A DNA stretch of 64,000 bases from an uncultured Verrucomicrobiae bacterium (GCA_963702845.1 OY969763.1:5888001-5952000); one strand, 5' to 3'; numbered from the stretch's first letter, positions 9,460 through 19,657 are shown. Translations and numbers: made by a program. The notes: generated from the letters alone by a model not told the origin.

Positions 9460-10224
9460 ATGAAAAAAGACCGCAAACTGATTATCGCAGGTAACTGGAA
9501 GATGAACAAAACCGTCGCCGAGTCTTTGGCTCTGGTGCGCGGATTGAAAATCGAACTCGCCAACCTCAAAGAGGTGGACATCGTGATCTGCCCGCCGTTC
9601 ACGGCGTTGAGCGAAGTGTCAAAGGCCGTGCTCGATTCGAGCATTCGCCTGGGCGCGCAAAATATGAGCGAGAATGGTTATGGCGCGTTCACCGGCGAAA
9701 TCGCTGGCGGAATGTTGAAGGAATTTTCCGTTCGTTACGTGATCCTTGGCCACTCCGAACGTCGCCAATTTCAGAAGGAAAGCGACGAATTAATCTCGAA
9801 AAAGGCGCAGGCGGCACATGCGAATTCGTTGAAACCGATCGTTTGCGTGGGCGAAACTTTGGCCGAACGCGAAGGAAATAAAACCGAGCAGGTCATCGAA
9901 ACGCAGGTCAAAGGCAGCCTCGCTGGATTGACGAAAGAGCAGATGGTTGAGACAGTTCTGGCCTATGAACCGGTTTGGGCCATTGGCACCGGCAAGACCG
10001 CTACAACGGCGCAAGCTCAAGAGGTACATGCCTTTATACGTAAATTGCTTGTGGGCCTGTTTGACGAAAACGTTGCTAAGCGCGTTCGTGTACAATATGG
10101 TGGCAGTGTTAAGCCGGCTAATGCTCGTGAGCTGATGGAACAGCCCGACGTGGACGGTGCTTTGGTCGGTGGAGCTTCGCTGGACGCGCGCAGTTTTTCT
10201 GATATTATCAAAAACTCGATTTGA
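9460..10224 (+). CDS. tpiA: Triosephosphate isomerase
   Basis: AGNWKMN, GHSERR, AYEPVWAIGTG and YGGSV. Confidence 0.98.
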   Translation: MKKDRKLIIAGNWKMNKTVAESLALVRGLKIELANLKEVDIVICPPFTALSEVSKAVLDSSIRLGAQNMSENGYGAFTGEIAGGMLKEFSVRYVILGHSERRQFQKESDELISKKAQAAHANSLKPIVCVGETLAEREGNKTEQVIETQVKGSLAGLTKEQMVETVLAYEPVWAIGTGKTATTAQAQEVHAFIRKLLVGLFDENVAKRVRVQYGGSVKPANARELMEQPDVDGALVGGASLDARSFSDIIKNSI

Positions 10225-10297
10225 GTCGGTGCCCAGTGTATATAGGCGCGCGCGTGAGCACGTTTGCCACGTAACGAATCGGAATAAATAGGAAATT

Positions 10298-10723
10298 ATG
10301 AGCTTAGTAATTGGATTTTTGACGTTCTTCCTCGTGTTGGACTGCGTATTTTTGATTTTTCTGGTGCTGTTGCAATTGCCCAAGAAAGAAGCTGGCGTAG
10401 GGGTGGCTTTCGGCGGCGGTGCGACCGATGCGCTGTTTGGCGCGGGTTCCGGCAACATGCTGACGAAAATCACGAAGTGGACGGCTGGAATTTTCTTCAG
10501 CCTTTGCCTCGTGCTCGCCGTCATGAGTGGACACCAATCGCGCAACACGGGCGCGCGTTCGTTGACTGAAGAGCTGGCGAATCGCCCGAAGTCGAGCCCT
10601 GGTTCGACCGGCGCTGGTCTGTTGCAAACGCCAACCACCACTTCGGCTGACGACACCAATACGCCAAAGACACCTTCGACCCCGGCTCCATCTCCGACAC
10701 CGTCGACGCCAAAGCCGAAATAA
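10298..10723 (+). CDS. secG: Preprotein translocase subunit SecG with a Pro/Thr-rich tail
   Basis: Two TM segments around LLQ...AFGGGATDALFGAGSGNMLTKIT; conserved tpiA-secG synteny. Confidence 0.92.
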   Translation: MSLVIGFLTFFLVLDCVFLIFLVLLQLPKKEAGVGVAFGGGATDALFGAGSGNMLTKITKWTAGIFFSLCLVLAVMSGHQSRNTGARSLTEELANRPKSSPGSTGAGLLQTPTTTSADDTNTPKTPSTPAPSPTPSTPKPK

Positions 10724-10726
10724 ATT

Positions 10727-12355
10727 TTGCTGATGAGATTCCTGGCGCAGACATTGAGTACTGCGCTGCTCTCATTGTTGGTAGCGGCCGGGTGTACCGT
10801 CTCTTATCCGCGCGCGGACTTCGTCATCATCAACGGGCACGAGCCTGAATCGCTCGATCCTGCCATCGGCAGCACCGTCGAAGACAGTCGCGTTGGCGCG
10901 GCGTTGTTCGAGGGATTCGTCCGAAGCGATCCTGTCACAGGCGAGGCGATTCCAAGTCTCGCCGAACGCTGGGACATTTCTCCCGATGGACGAGTTTACA
11001 CATTTCACCTGCGCACGAATCTGCAGTGGTCCACCGGCGAGCCGATTAAAGGGAAGGATTTTGTTTATTCCTGGCGACGCATTTTAGATCCGCGCACCGG
11101 CGCGAAATACGCGAGCCAACTCTTCTACGTCAAAAACGCGCAGGAATTCACCGAAGGTAAACTGAAGGACCCGGACAAAATCGGCATCCACGCGCTCGAC
11201 GCCAGCACAGTGCAAGTGGAGTTGAATCAACCCACGGCGTTTTTCCTTGGGCTCGCCACGTTGCCGACGTTTGCGGTTGTCCCGCAATTCGCCATCGAAA
11301 AATACGCCGACGCATGGGTGCGGAATCAACCAGTTCCGACCAGCGGCGCGTACACGCTGGAAATGTGGCGATTAAACGACCGCATTCGCATGCGAAAAAA
11401 TCCGCGTTATTGGGACGCGTCGAATACAAAGCTTGAAACGGTTGATTGGCTGCCCATCGCCATGCCGAGCACGGCTCTGAATCTCTATGACACCGGCGCT
11501 GCGGATATTATTTGGGACAAAGATTTGATTCCGCCCGAACTCCTCGACGCATTGCGCAGTCGTCCCGATTTTCACAGCTTCACTTATCTCGCCAGTTACT
11601 TCCTGCGCTACAACGTGACGCAACCGCCGTTCAATGACTTGCGCATCCGCAAGGCTCTTGCGCTGGCGATCGACAAGAAACGGATAGTCGAAAAGATTAC
11701 GCGCTCGGGAGAAAAAGCCGCGTCGCATCTCGTGCCGGACGGCGTTGCGAATTCAGATCCGCCTGAAGGTCTCGGCTACAATCCTGAGGAGGCGCGGCGT
11801 TTGTTGACCGAAGCTGGTTATCCGGACGGCAAAGGATTTCCCACGTTTAATTACCTTCTCGATTCTGGCGGCGGCGCGAACATGCACGCGCGAATTGCAG
11901 TTGAGATCCAAAACATGTGGGAACATGAACTCGGCATTCACGTCGAGTTGCGACAGATGGAGAAAAAAATCTATATCGATGCCCAGGACCGGCTGGACTA
12001 CAACGTGAGTCGCAGCACCTGGATTGGCGATTACAATGATCCCAACACTTTTCTCGATCTGTTCCGCAGCTTCGACGGCAATAACCGCACCGGTTGGAAA
12101 AATCCGCTCTACGACAAACTCATGAACGACGCCGGCAACGAGCCCGATTTGAAAAAGCGCACTGCCCTGCTCAAACAAGCCGAAACACTTCTGGTCCGCG
12201 ACGACCTGCCCATCGTGCCTCTTTACTTCTGGGTCGGATTCACTTTCTACAATCCGGCCAAGGTCAAAGGCATTTACCCGAACGTGCTAGACCTTCACCC
12301 GCTGAATGCGATTTGGACAACGCCCTCAAGCGCTCAAGGTACGACCAAACGGTAA
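10727..12355 (+). CDS. oppA: Oligopeptide ABC transporter substrate-binding lipoprotein
   Basis: Lipobox AAGC, EPESLDP, LAERWDISPDGRVYTFHLR and WIGDYNDPNTFL. Confidence 0.92.
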   Translation: MLMRFLAQTLSTALLSLLVAAGCTVSYPRADFVIINGHEPESLDPAIGSTVEDSRVGAALFEGFVRSDPVTGEAIPSLAERWDISPDGRVYTFHLRTNLQWSTGEPIKGKDFVYSWRRILDPRTGAKYASQLFYVKNAQEFTEGKLKDPDKIGIHALDASTVQVELNQPTAFFLGLATLPTFAVVPQFAIEKYADAWVRNQPVPTSGAYTLEMWRLNDRIRMRKNPRYWDASNTKLETVDWLPIAMPSTALNLYDTGAADIIWDKDLIPPELLDALRSRPDFHSFTYLASYFLRYNVTQPPFNDLRIRKALALAIDKKRIVEKITRSGEKAASHLVPDGVANSDPPEGLGYNPEEARRLLTEAGYPDGKGFPTFNYLLDSGGGANMHARIAVEIQNMWEHELGIHVELRQMEKKIYIDAQDRLDYNVSRSTWIGDYNDPNTFLDLFRSFDGNNRTGWKNPLYDKLMNDAGNEPDLKKRTALLKQAETLLVRDDLPIVPLYFWVGFTFYNPAKVKGIYPNVLDLHPLNAIWTTPSSAQGTTKR

Positions 12356-14226
12356 AACACGTCGGTGTTGTTGGAATCGATTGGAACAACCATGTGGTTC
12401 GTTGCACTTGAGTTGGCAACAGTCACCCAGTTTGCGCCGAGGCTGTTGGTTTGGGCCTGCAGACGCCCGCCTGGAACTGGCCAGGAGATGTCGAGGGTGT
12501 TGCCCGACAGTTTGGCGGTGAGGCGGACCGAGGCGAGTTTGTAGACGACACCGCCGTTTCCATTAGGAGGAGTGCTTGTCGCCATCGCATACAGTTCGCC
12601 GTTGGCGTCCTGTCCGAAGCCGTGAACGGTTTGACCGCTGGGCAAAATCTCGGAACCGAACTGCGGCAGTGTGAAGACATTTAACGTGCCAAGCTGAAGG
12701 TCGGCGTAGAAGATGCGGCCATTGATTCGAGTCGGCGACGGAATCAGAGCGAGATCACCGAAGATATATTTGCCGTAGAGCTCGGGCATGGTGCTGCCGC
12801 GATAGACGAAGCCGCCGGTGATGGAGATGCCGTTGTTGTGGTCGTATTCGAGGATGCCGTTCGGGCCGGTGATCGGGTCGATCAATCCGCTTGGTGATCC
12901 CGGGCTGAAATGTCCCGGTGGTGCGCCGATGGTGCCGGCACTACCGGCTGGACCGTTGGTCATGTTGAACAGGTAATCACCTTCTTTGATGGCCCAACCG
13001 TAGTTGCCGCCGCGTGTGATGCGGTTGATCTCTTCGATGTTGTTCTGTCCGACATCGGCTTCGATCAGGTCGCCGGTCACGAAATCGAAGGCGAAACGGT
13101 AGGGATTGCGCAGGCCGTAGGCGTAGATTTCCGGCACCTGGCCGGGGTCTTTGAAAGGGTTGTCGTTGGGGATGCGGTATTGACCGTTGGTGCTGATTGG
13201 ATCTGGGCTCGAAGGATTGAGGCTTGGGTTGAGCGGATCGAACCGCAACATTTTACCGAGCGGAACACTGAGATTTTGTGCGTTGCCACCGGGCGAGATG
13301 TGGCCGACGCCGACGTCGTTGGCCGTGCCGCCATCCCCCAAAGCCAGATACATGTAGCCGTCCGGGCCGAAGGTGCATGTGCCGCCATTATGGTTTTGGG
13401 CATTTTTGCCGAAAGAGATGACTTCGCGCAGAGACGTGCGGTCGATGACGTTGGCGTTGGTGGTGGAAGTCTTCCATTCATTGATGGCGTTTTTGTAAAG
13501 ATTGGCTGCACCGCCCGGGAGTGGATACGTCAGCGTCCCGTTCGTCTGTTCGCTATTGTAGGTGTAGAGCGTGCGATAACCGGGGCTCGAGGGATTGTTG
13601 TAGCCGGGATGAAAGGCGAGGCCGAGCAAGCCGCGTTCGTCATTTGGATTCGAGACACTGAGCGGCGGCGAGACGAGGCTTTGCAAGTCCAAGGCAGATG
13701 TGGGTGAGAGCACGCCGTCTTCGATGACGCGGATAAGGCCATTCTGTTCGAGAGCGAAGAGCCGGTGAGTATCGCCCGGCGGACTGATGCCGTAGAGCGG
13801 TGCGGACAAATTGGTGGCGACTGGGATGAGGAAAAGTGAGAACGCGCCATTTGTCACCTCCGCTGTGTAGCGAGCGATCGTAACGTTGACAGGTGATGGG
13901 GTGGCAACCAACCCCGTGCTATCCGCGGCAACGGCGGTCAATTTGTGTATTCCCAACACGAAAGTGAAGCCGCCGACACCGAAGTTGTACGGAGCTGTAG
14001 TAAAGTTGCGCAGCAAGTTTGTCCCGTCGAATAGTTGGACGTTCGTGACGGTGCCGGTCATGGTGCTGGCGATGGTGTTGATAGTGAAACTATCGGTGTT
14101 GCCGAAAACGGCCGCGTCAGGCGGATTCGTGATCGTAACGCTCGGGGATGCGTGGGCCGAAATGGCGATTACGTTGATGATGACGAGACAAAGGCCTACC
14201 GCTATGCGATTGACATACGCTTTCAT
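12334..14226 (-). CDS. Secreted glucose/sorbosone dehydrogenase (GSDH, PQQ-type beta-propeller) with an N-terminal Ig-like domain
   Basis: ERGLLGLAFHP, NHNGG...FGPDGYMYLALGDGG, YAYGLRNPYRFAFD and SITGGFVYRG; Ig-like PSVTITNPPD; signal peptide. Confidence 0.88.
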   Translation of the reverse strand: MKAYVNRIAVGLCLVIINVIAISAHASPSVTITNPPDAAVFGNTDSFTINTIASTMTGTVTNVQLFDGTNLLRNFTTAPYNFGVGGFTFVLGIHKLTAVAADSTGLVATPSPVNVTIARYTAEVTNGAFSLFLIPVATNLSAPLYGISPPGDTHRLFALEQNGLIRVIEDGVLSPTSALDLQSLVSPPLSVSNPNDERGLLGLAFHPGYNNPSSPGYRTLYTYNSEQTNGTLTYPLPGGAANLYKNAINEWKTSTTNANVIDRTSLREVISFGKNAQNHNGGTCTFGPDGYMYLALGDGGTANDVGVGHISPGGNAQNLSVPLGKMLRFDPLNPSLNPSSPDPISTNGQYRIPNDNPFKDPGQVPEIYAYGLRNPYRFAFDFVTGDLIEADVGQNNIEEINRITRGGNYGWAIKEGDYLFNMTNGPAGSAGTIGAPPGHFSPGSPSGLIDPITGPNGILEYDHNNGISITGGFVYRGSTMPELYGKYIFGDLALIPSPTRINGRIFYADLQLGTLNVFTLPQFGSEILPSGQTVHGFGQDANGELYAMATSTPPNGNGGVVYKLASVRLTAKLSGNTLDISWPVPGGRLQAQTNSLGANWVTVANSSATNHMVVPIDSNNTDVFYRLVVP

Positions 14227-14339
14227 TCTATTCTTTCCTTTTACCGGCAGAACCCTGGGGGAAGGGAATTCAGCTCTCTGTCTGTAAGATGAACGATGAA
14301 TCCATTTGTTCCCGCGATTTTTAGGAGCTATGAAATGCT

Positions 14340-15851
14340 TTATGCCTCGCGCCCGGCCTCACGGACGCGGATGAAGCGACGCAAAGCGACCAGGCCGACC
14401 GGCGCGACTGTGGCGGCCACCGCGAAAACCAGCCACATCATACCGGAATTCCTTGGCCCTTTTTCCGGACAATAGACCTGCAACAAAATTCCTGCTTTGG
14501 CCACAAGGAGTTTGCCCAGGAATAGCGGCACGTAAGAGAGCGCGCTGTAGGCAGCTTCTTGTCCCTTCGGCGCGATCGCGGCAGCGTATTCATAGACACG
14601 CGGCGAATAAAACGCTTCGCCAATCGAGAAGATTATTACGTTGATCGTAATCATGACGATATAGGGATGCACCGGTCCCGTCATGTGAAGGAAGTGATGA
14701 TGGATCAAATTGCCGAACGGCCCATCGGCTAACGGAGTAAACCACGCCGTCGGCAGCGCCATGATAAAGACCGACGCAGCGCAGATGCTGCCACCAAGAA
14801 TCACCATGCTGTAAGCTGCGAAACGTTGCGTCAATGCGCCAAGAATGGGCACGAGAAAAACAATCAGGATATTATTTAGCCCGAACAGATGTCCGACTGG
14901 CGCACCGTCACCCAATTCGCGAATGCCGAACTTGGGAAACACATAGTCCATGCCCACCGTGATCACTTTCAAAAATCCAATAAAAACTAGAAACACGAGC
15001 AAGCGAAAGAACGCGGATTGTTTCAACAGCCCCGCGAACAGTCGCACGGTGTCTTTGACACTATCGCGCACAGTAAACCAAAATGAATCCCACAGCGCCG
15101 CCTTCGGATATTTCGGCGTTTCAGGAACGATCTGACAGCCTGCGTCAGTCACTTCCATTCCTTTGCGCAAATAATAAGCGGCGGGGATCAGAGCACATTC
15201 GAAGACCAGACTGACCAGGAACAAAGTCCGGTAGGTGCTGATGTGCATCCCAAAAAGGTTGTAATGGCCATGTTCCCCGAGACCTTGTCTCACCCAGTCA
15301 AACACGAGACTCGCCGTCCAGAAGGCAAGATTCATGATGACGTACAGTAGTGAAAATGAAATCGAACGTTGTGTCGTTGTGGAGTAGCGGCGTGTGGCGG
15401 CGACGAGAATCGGGCCAGCCAACGCTTCGCCGATTGCTAACGGAAACAACCCGAGTCCGAGCGCGAGCCATTTGAAATTGGCCAGCACCATCGCCGCTCG
15501 AGCGATGATGCATATATAAAAACCAAGGAACAAACTCTTCCGCAAACCGATCGCGTCCGCCAAAGACCCGATCATTATTGTCATGCCCGTCATCGTCAGC
15601 GCCCAACTGCCAACCATCAAACCCGCTGCGTTGTCGCTGTATCCAAAATCGGATGATAGCCATAGGACCAGTGTCTTGTTGGTGACGGAGTACGCGGTGA
15701 TGGAAAGAAACTTGATCAGGAACACCAACCACAATTCGCGAGTAGCACCCTTGAGCACCGTGAACCGCCCGACGAACCCCGAAACGCCACGCGACGATGA
15801 GAGAGCGGCGGCGCTGGTTGTGGCAGGCGTCGAGCTTGTTGGCGCGGACAT
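14340..15851 (-). CDS. MFS transporter (POT/peptide-transporter-like)
   Basis: About 12 hydrophobic segments, GSLADAIGLRKS (MFS motif A) and SIGEAFYSPR. Confidence 0.85.
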   Translation of the reverse strand: MSAPTSSTPATTSAAALSSSRGVSGFVGRFTVLKGATRELWLVFLIKFLSITAYSVTNKTLVLWLSSDFGYSDNAAGLMVGSWALTMTGMTIMIGSLADAIGLRKSLFLGFYICIIARAAMVLANFKWLALGLGLFPLAIGEALAGPILVAATRRYSTTTQRSISFSLLYVIMNLAFWTASLVFDWVRQGLGEHGHYNLFGMHISTYRTLFLVSLVFECALIPAAYYLRKGMEVTDAGCQIVPETPKYPKAALWDSFWFTVRDSVKDTVRLFAGLLKQSAFFRLLVFLVFIGFLKVITVGMDYVFPKFGIRELGDGAPVGHLFGLNNILIVFLVPILGALTQRFAAYSMVILGGSICAASVFIMALPTAWFTPLADGPFGNLIHHHFLHMTGPVHPYIVMITINVIIFSIGEAFYSPRVYEYAAAIAPKGQEAAYSALSYVPLFLGKLLVAKAGILLQVYCPEKGPRNSGMMWLVFAVAATVAPVGLVALRRFIRVREAGREA

Positions 15852-16045
15852 TGTGGGAGTTTAGGAGGGCGATGGGATTGGTTAAAGACTTTTTGCCGTG
15901 GAATGTTTTCCGAGTTGCACTAGCATTCGCGGTATGTCGCCTGTTTTGTCAGCCTCTATGTCGTCTGTGGCTTGGTGTTGAATTATGGTTCGTTTAAACG
16001 CAGAGACACAAAGGACGCTGAGGTTCACATGGAGGGAAATTTGAA

Positions 16046-16960
16046 ATGTACTTTCTGAAGCGCATTTTGTTTTTCATCCCGTTGCTGCTGGTTATCAGCT
16101 TCCTGGCGTTTTCGTTGGTGCGCTTTGTGCCGGGTGGGCCGTTTGATTCGGATCGGCGCGCGGCGTCGCCAGAAATCGAACGGAACATGAAGGCGAAGTA
16201 TCATCTCGATGAGCCGATTTGGAAACAATACGGGCGGTTCTTCAATGACGCACTTCATGGAGATCTCGGCCCATCGCTGAAGTATCGCAATTTTTCGGTG
16301 TCGGAAATTATCGCGCAAGGATTGCCGGTGTCGCTCACGCTTGGCGCAGTGTCGTTTTTGTTTGCGCTGGGCGTGGGGATCCCAATGGGATTTTTTAGCG
16401 CGGTGAATCGAGGTGGGTTGGGGGATTACGTCGGAAGTTTTCTCGCGATTCTCGTCATCTGCATTCCTGGGCTGATAATTGGACCTATGCTCATCATGTT
16501 TTTCGCGATCAGGCTGCGGCTGTTTCCGGTCGCGCTCTGGGGTTCGCCGATGCACGTGATTTTGCCGATGGTTGCTCTTGGGTTGTATTTCTCCGGGTCT
16601 ATCGCCCGACTGATTCGGGAAGGAATGAGCACGACTTTGGACTCTGAGTTCATCATGACTGCGCGGTCAAAAGGGTTGAGCGAAACAGCGGTGCTGATCA
16701 AACACGCGTTTCGTATCGCGGTGTTGCCGGTGTTGTCGTATGCCGGCCCGTTGCTGGCGGATTTGCTCACCGGTTCGTTCGTTGTGGAAAATCTTTTCCA
16801 GATTCCCGGCATCGGCGTGTTCATGGTGAACAGTTCCTTAAATTCCGATTACACGATGGTCGTGGGGCTTGTGTTGCTCTATGCAGCGCTATTGTTGGTG
16901 TTGAACCTCGTTGTGGATTTTGCTTACGGCTTACTTGATCCGAGGGTGCGATATGAGTGA
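16046..16960 (+). CDS. oppB: Oligopeptide ABC transporter permease OppB
   Basis: PGGPFD, GDLGPSLKY and the EAA loop FIMTARSKGLSE. Confidence 0.93.
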   Translation: MYFLKRILFFIPLLLVISFLAFSLVRFVPGGPFDSDRRAASPEIERNMKAKYHLDEPIWKQYGRFFNDALHGDLGPSLKYRNFSVSEIIAQGLPVSLTLGAVSFLFALGVGIPMGFFSAVNRGGLGDYVGSFLAILVICIPGLIIGPMLIMFFAIRLRLFPVALWGSPMHVILPMVALGLYFSGSIARLIREGMSTTLDSEFIMTARSKGLSETAVLIKHAFRIAVLPVLSYAGPLLADLLTGSFVVENLFQIPGIGVFMVNSSLNSDYTMVVGLVLLYAALLLVLNLVVDFAYGLLDPRVRYE

Positions 16961-17984
16961 AGCAGTCGAAATGCGAGGGTCGAGAGTCGAAAGCCCGACA
17001 GAGCCCTCTGGCCTTCGGCCTTCGACCGTCGACTTTCGACCACCGCTGAGTCCCAATCAACGCGCGTGGCGTCGCTTTCGGCGCAATCGTCCCGCAATCG
17101 TTTCCGCAGCATTCCTGTTCGCGTTTGTTGGGCTGATTCTTCTTTGGCCGTTGTTCAGTTCAACGCTCGCGTCTCACATGCCGCATGCGATGACGCATAA
17201 TCCGAATGCGGTTTCGGACGAGCAGTTCGCGAAACCCAATACGGAATACCTCTTCGGTACCGATGTCCATGGACGGGACTTACTCAGCCGCATTTGTTAC
17301 GGAGCGCGCGTGTCGCTTTTGGTCGGGTTGGTTGGTGCGGCGGTGAGCCTTGTCATCGGGGTGACGTGGGGATTGGTTTCCGGTTACGCCGGCGGACGCA
17401 CGGATTCGACGATGATGCGCATTGTCGACGTCATGTATTCCATGCCGACGATTGTATTTGTCATCGTGCTGATCACCGCGCTCAATGCGACACTGGCCAA
17501 AATGCAAACAGGGCCGCATGCGTTGCCGGCGGCGACGGTGAGGAATCTGCAATTCACCGGATTGTTCGTCGGGCTCGGTGCGGTGTCGTGGTTGACGATG
17601 GCGCGAATTGTTCGTGGACAAGTCCTGAGTTTGAGGCATCGGGCGTTTGTGGATGCGAGCCGGGCGTTGGGGGCGACGCACCCCAGAATTTTGCTCAAGC
17701 ACATTTTGCCGAATATTTACGGCATCATCATAGTGTATCTCACGCTGACAATTCCCTCGATCATTCTCTACGAATCGTTCCTGAGTTATCTCGGTCTCGG
17801 TATTCAACCGCCTCAGGCGAGTCTCGGATCGCTGATTGCGAGTGGTGCGGAGCAGATCAATGCAGTGAGAATTTACTGGTGGCTGGTTATTTTTCCGGGT
17901 GCAACATTGGCGGTGACGTTGCTCGCGCTAAATTTCGTTGGTGATGGTTTACGTGATGCGTTTGATCCCAGAGCCGACCGTTAA
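16953..17984 (+). CDS. oppC: Oligopeptide ABC transporter permease OppC
   Basis: FGTDVHGRDLLSR, FVDASRALGA and NFVGDGLRDAFDP. ATG 16953 overlaps the end of oppB. Confidence 0.93.
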   Translation: MSEAVEMRGSRVESPTEPSGLRPSTVDFRPPLSPNQRAWRRFRRNRPAIVSAAFLFAFVGLILLWPLFSSTLASHMPHAMTHNPNAVSDEQFAKPNTEYLFGTDVHGRDLLSRICYGARVSLLVGLVGAAVSLVIGVTWGLVSGYAGGRTDSTMMRIVDVMYSMPTIVFVIVLITALNATLAKMQTGPHALPAATVRNLQFTGLFVGLGAVSWLTMARIVRGQVLSLRHRAFVDASRALGATHPRILLKHILPNIYGIIIVYLTLTIPSIILYESFLSYLGLGIQPPQASLGSLIASGAEQINAVRIYWWLVIFPGATLAVTLLALNFVGDGLRDAFDPRADR

Positions 17985-18061
17985 CAGAGCCGCGCGCGTG
18001 AGCAAGCGATTTACCTAGCCGCTCCAAACGAAACCGCTTGCTCACGCGCGCGGCCCTGTTA
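17982..18061. repeat. REP-like long inverted repeat, copy 2
   Basis: TAACAGAGCCGCGCGCGTGAGCAAGCG...CGCTTGCTCACGCGCGCGGCCCTGTTA; same arms as 9362-9442 with a different loop. Confidence 0.9.
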
Positions 18062-18071
18062 GGAAACACTT

Positions 18072-19010
18072 ATGAAAGCAATTCGCGTTCAGCAATTCGG
18101 CGGGCCTGAGGTGATGAAATTGGAAGAGATTCCAAACATGCAACCTTCGGGTGACCAAGTGCTGGTGCGCATTCGCGCCGTCGGCGTTAATCCTGTCGAT
18201 ACCTACATTCGCGCCGGCCTCTATGATCCCAAACCGACACTGCCTTACACGCCGGGCAAAGATGCCGCAGGTGAAATTGTTGGAACCGGCCAACGCGTTT
18301 ACATCAACGGCACGTTAACCGGCGCATATGCCGAGTACGCGCTTTGCAATCCCGCCGATGTCCATCCGCTACCTGAACGACTTTCGTTCGAACAAGGTGC
18401 GGCTGTTGGCGTTCCTTACGCGACGGCGTACCGCGCATTGTTTCAACGCGCACGTGCGGTTGCCGGTGAAACCGTTTTAATCCACGGTGGCAGCGGTGGC
18501 GTGGGCACGGCGGCGATTCAACTCGCGCGCAACGCCGGCATGATTGTCATTGCGACGGCGGGAACTTATGAAGGCATTGAGCTAACGAAAAAGCTCGGAG
18601 CGCATCATGTGCTAAACCATCGCAAGCCGGATTACCTCAGCGAAGTTGCCAAAATTACGCAGGGTCATGGTGTGAACGTCATTCTTGAGATGCTCGCGAA
18701 CGTGAATCTTGGAAAAGACCTCACGGTGCTCGCGATGCGTGGACGCATCAGCATCATTGGCAGTCGCGGGCCGGTTGAGATCAATCCACGCGATGCCATG
18801 AAACGTGATGCGGATATTCGCGGAGTGATGTTGGGTAACGCAACGGCGGAGGAGCGTACGCAGATTTTTGCAGCGCTCGGGGCGGGATTTGAGAACGGAA
18901 CGCTCACCCCGATTGTCGGAACAAGTCTTCCGTTAGCTGAGGCAGCCAAAGCGCACGACGCCGTAATGAAACCTGGAGCCCACGGCAAAATCGTTTTGAA
19001 ACCCGATTAG
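18072..19010 (+). CDS. qor: NADPH:quinone reductase (zeta-crystallin/MDR family)
   Basis: GVNPVDTYIRAG, LPYTPG.DAAG and HGGSGGVG. Confidence 0.9.
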   Translation: MKAIRVQQFGGPEVMKLEEIPNMQPSGDQVLVRIRAVGVNPVDTYIRAGLYDPKPTLPYTPGKDAAGEIVGTGQRVYINGTLTGAYAEYALCNPADVHPLPERLSFEQGAAVGVPYATAYRALFQRARAVAGETVLIHGGSGGVGTAAIQLARNAGMIVIATAGTYEGIELTKKLGAHHVLNHRKPDYLSEVAKITQGHGVNVILEMLANVNLGKDLTVLAMRGRISIIGSRGPVEINPRDAMKRDADIRGVMLGNATAEERTQIFAALGAGFENGTLTPIVGTSLPLAEAAKAHDAVMKPGAHGKIVLKPD

Positions 19011-19021
19011 CCTGCTGAGTT

Positions 19022-19543
19022 TCACGGGTGAATTTCCACGGGCGTCGCGTCGGGAACAACGCGGAAGATCTCTTCCATTTCCGGATCGGTTACGGCGATG
19101 CATCCAGCAGTCCAATTTTTGAAGCGTCGAAACCGACCCACGTACCAATACCCATTCGGCAACCCGTGAATCATGATGTCCCCTCCGGGTGGGACGCCGT
19201 GTTTGCGCGCCGACTCACGGTCCATTGTACTCGGGTAAGACACCTGCAGACTGAGGTGACAGGTGCTGTGCGGATTGTGGAGCGCAATATTGTAGAGGCC
19301 TTCGGGCGTGTGTTGATCGCCTTCCTTTTGTTTGTGCCCAATCGGATTGCCGCCGAAAGAAACGGTGTAGCGCTTGAGCAGGTTACCTTTGGAAAAGAGT
19401 TCCATCTGATGCTTTGATTTCCAGACCACAATTCGATCCGCAAGCGTGCCTTCGGGCAAAGTATCTGACCGCCAATTGGCCCAGGTGAATGCCGCAATTG
19501 CCAACAAAACGCCGACGAAAACCACCTTAAAGCAACGCCGCAT
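19022..19543 (-). CDS. L,D-transpeptidase (YkuD) family protein, YafK-like
   Basis: KQKEGDQHTPEG and IMIHG...WTAGCIAV catalytic His/Cys. Confidence 0.9.
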   Translation of the reverse strand: MRRCFKVVFVGVLLAIAAFTWANWRSDTLPEGTLADRIVVWKSKHQMELFSKGNLLKRYTVSFGGNPIGHKQKEGDQHTPEGLYNIALHNPHSTCHLSLQVSYPSTMDRESARKHGVPPGGDIMIHGLPNGYWYVGRFRRFKNWTAGCIAVTDPEMEEIFRVVPDATPVEIHP

Positions 19544-19657
19544 AGTTATATGCGAATGGAAACATGTGCGAAAACTTTCGTAAAGCTTTGATAACGCGGG
19601 GCTTTCTGCGTTTGTTGGCAGAGAAAGTGCTCCAAATGGCAGTTTATCGCTTTTGCT

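Noticed and set aside
9362..18061. Repeat arms with variable internal sequence as a possible CRISPR array
   Set aside because: The copies are inverted pairs kilobases apart, not tandem direct repeats with spacers, and no cas genes are present.
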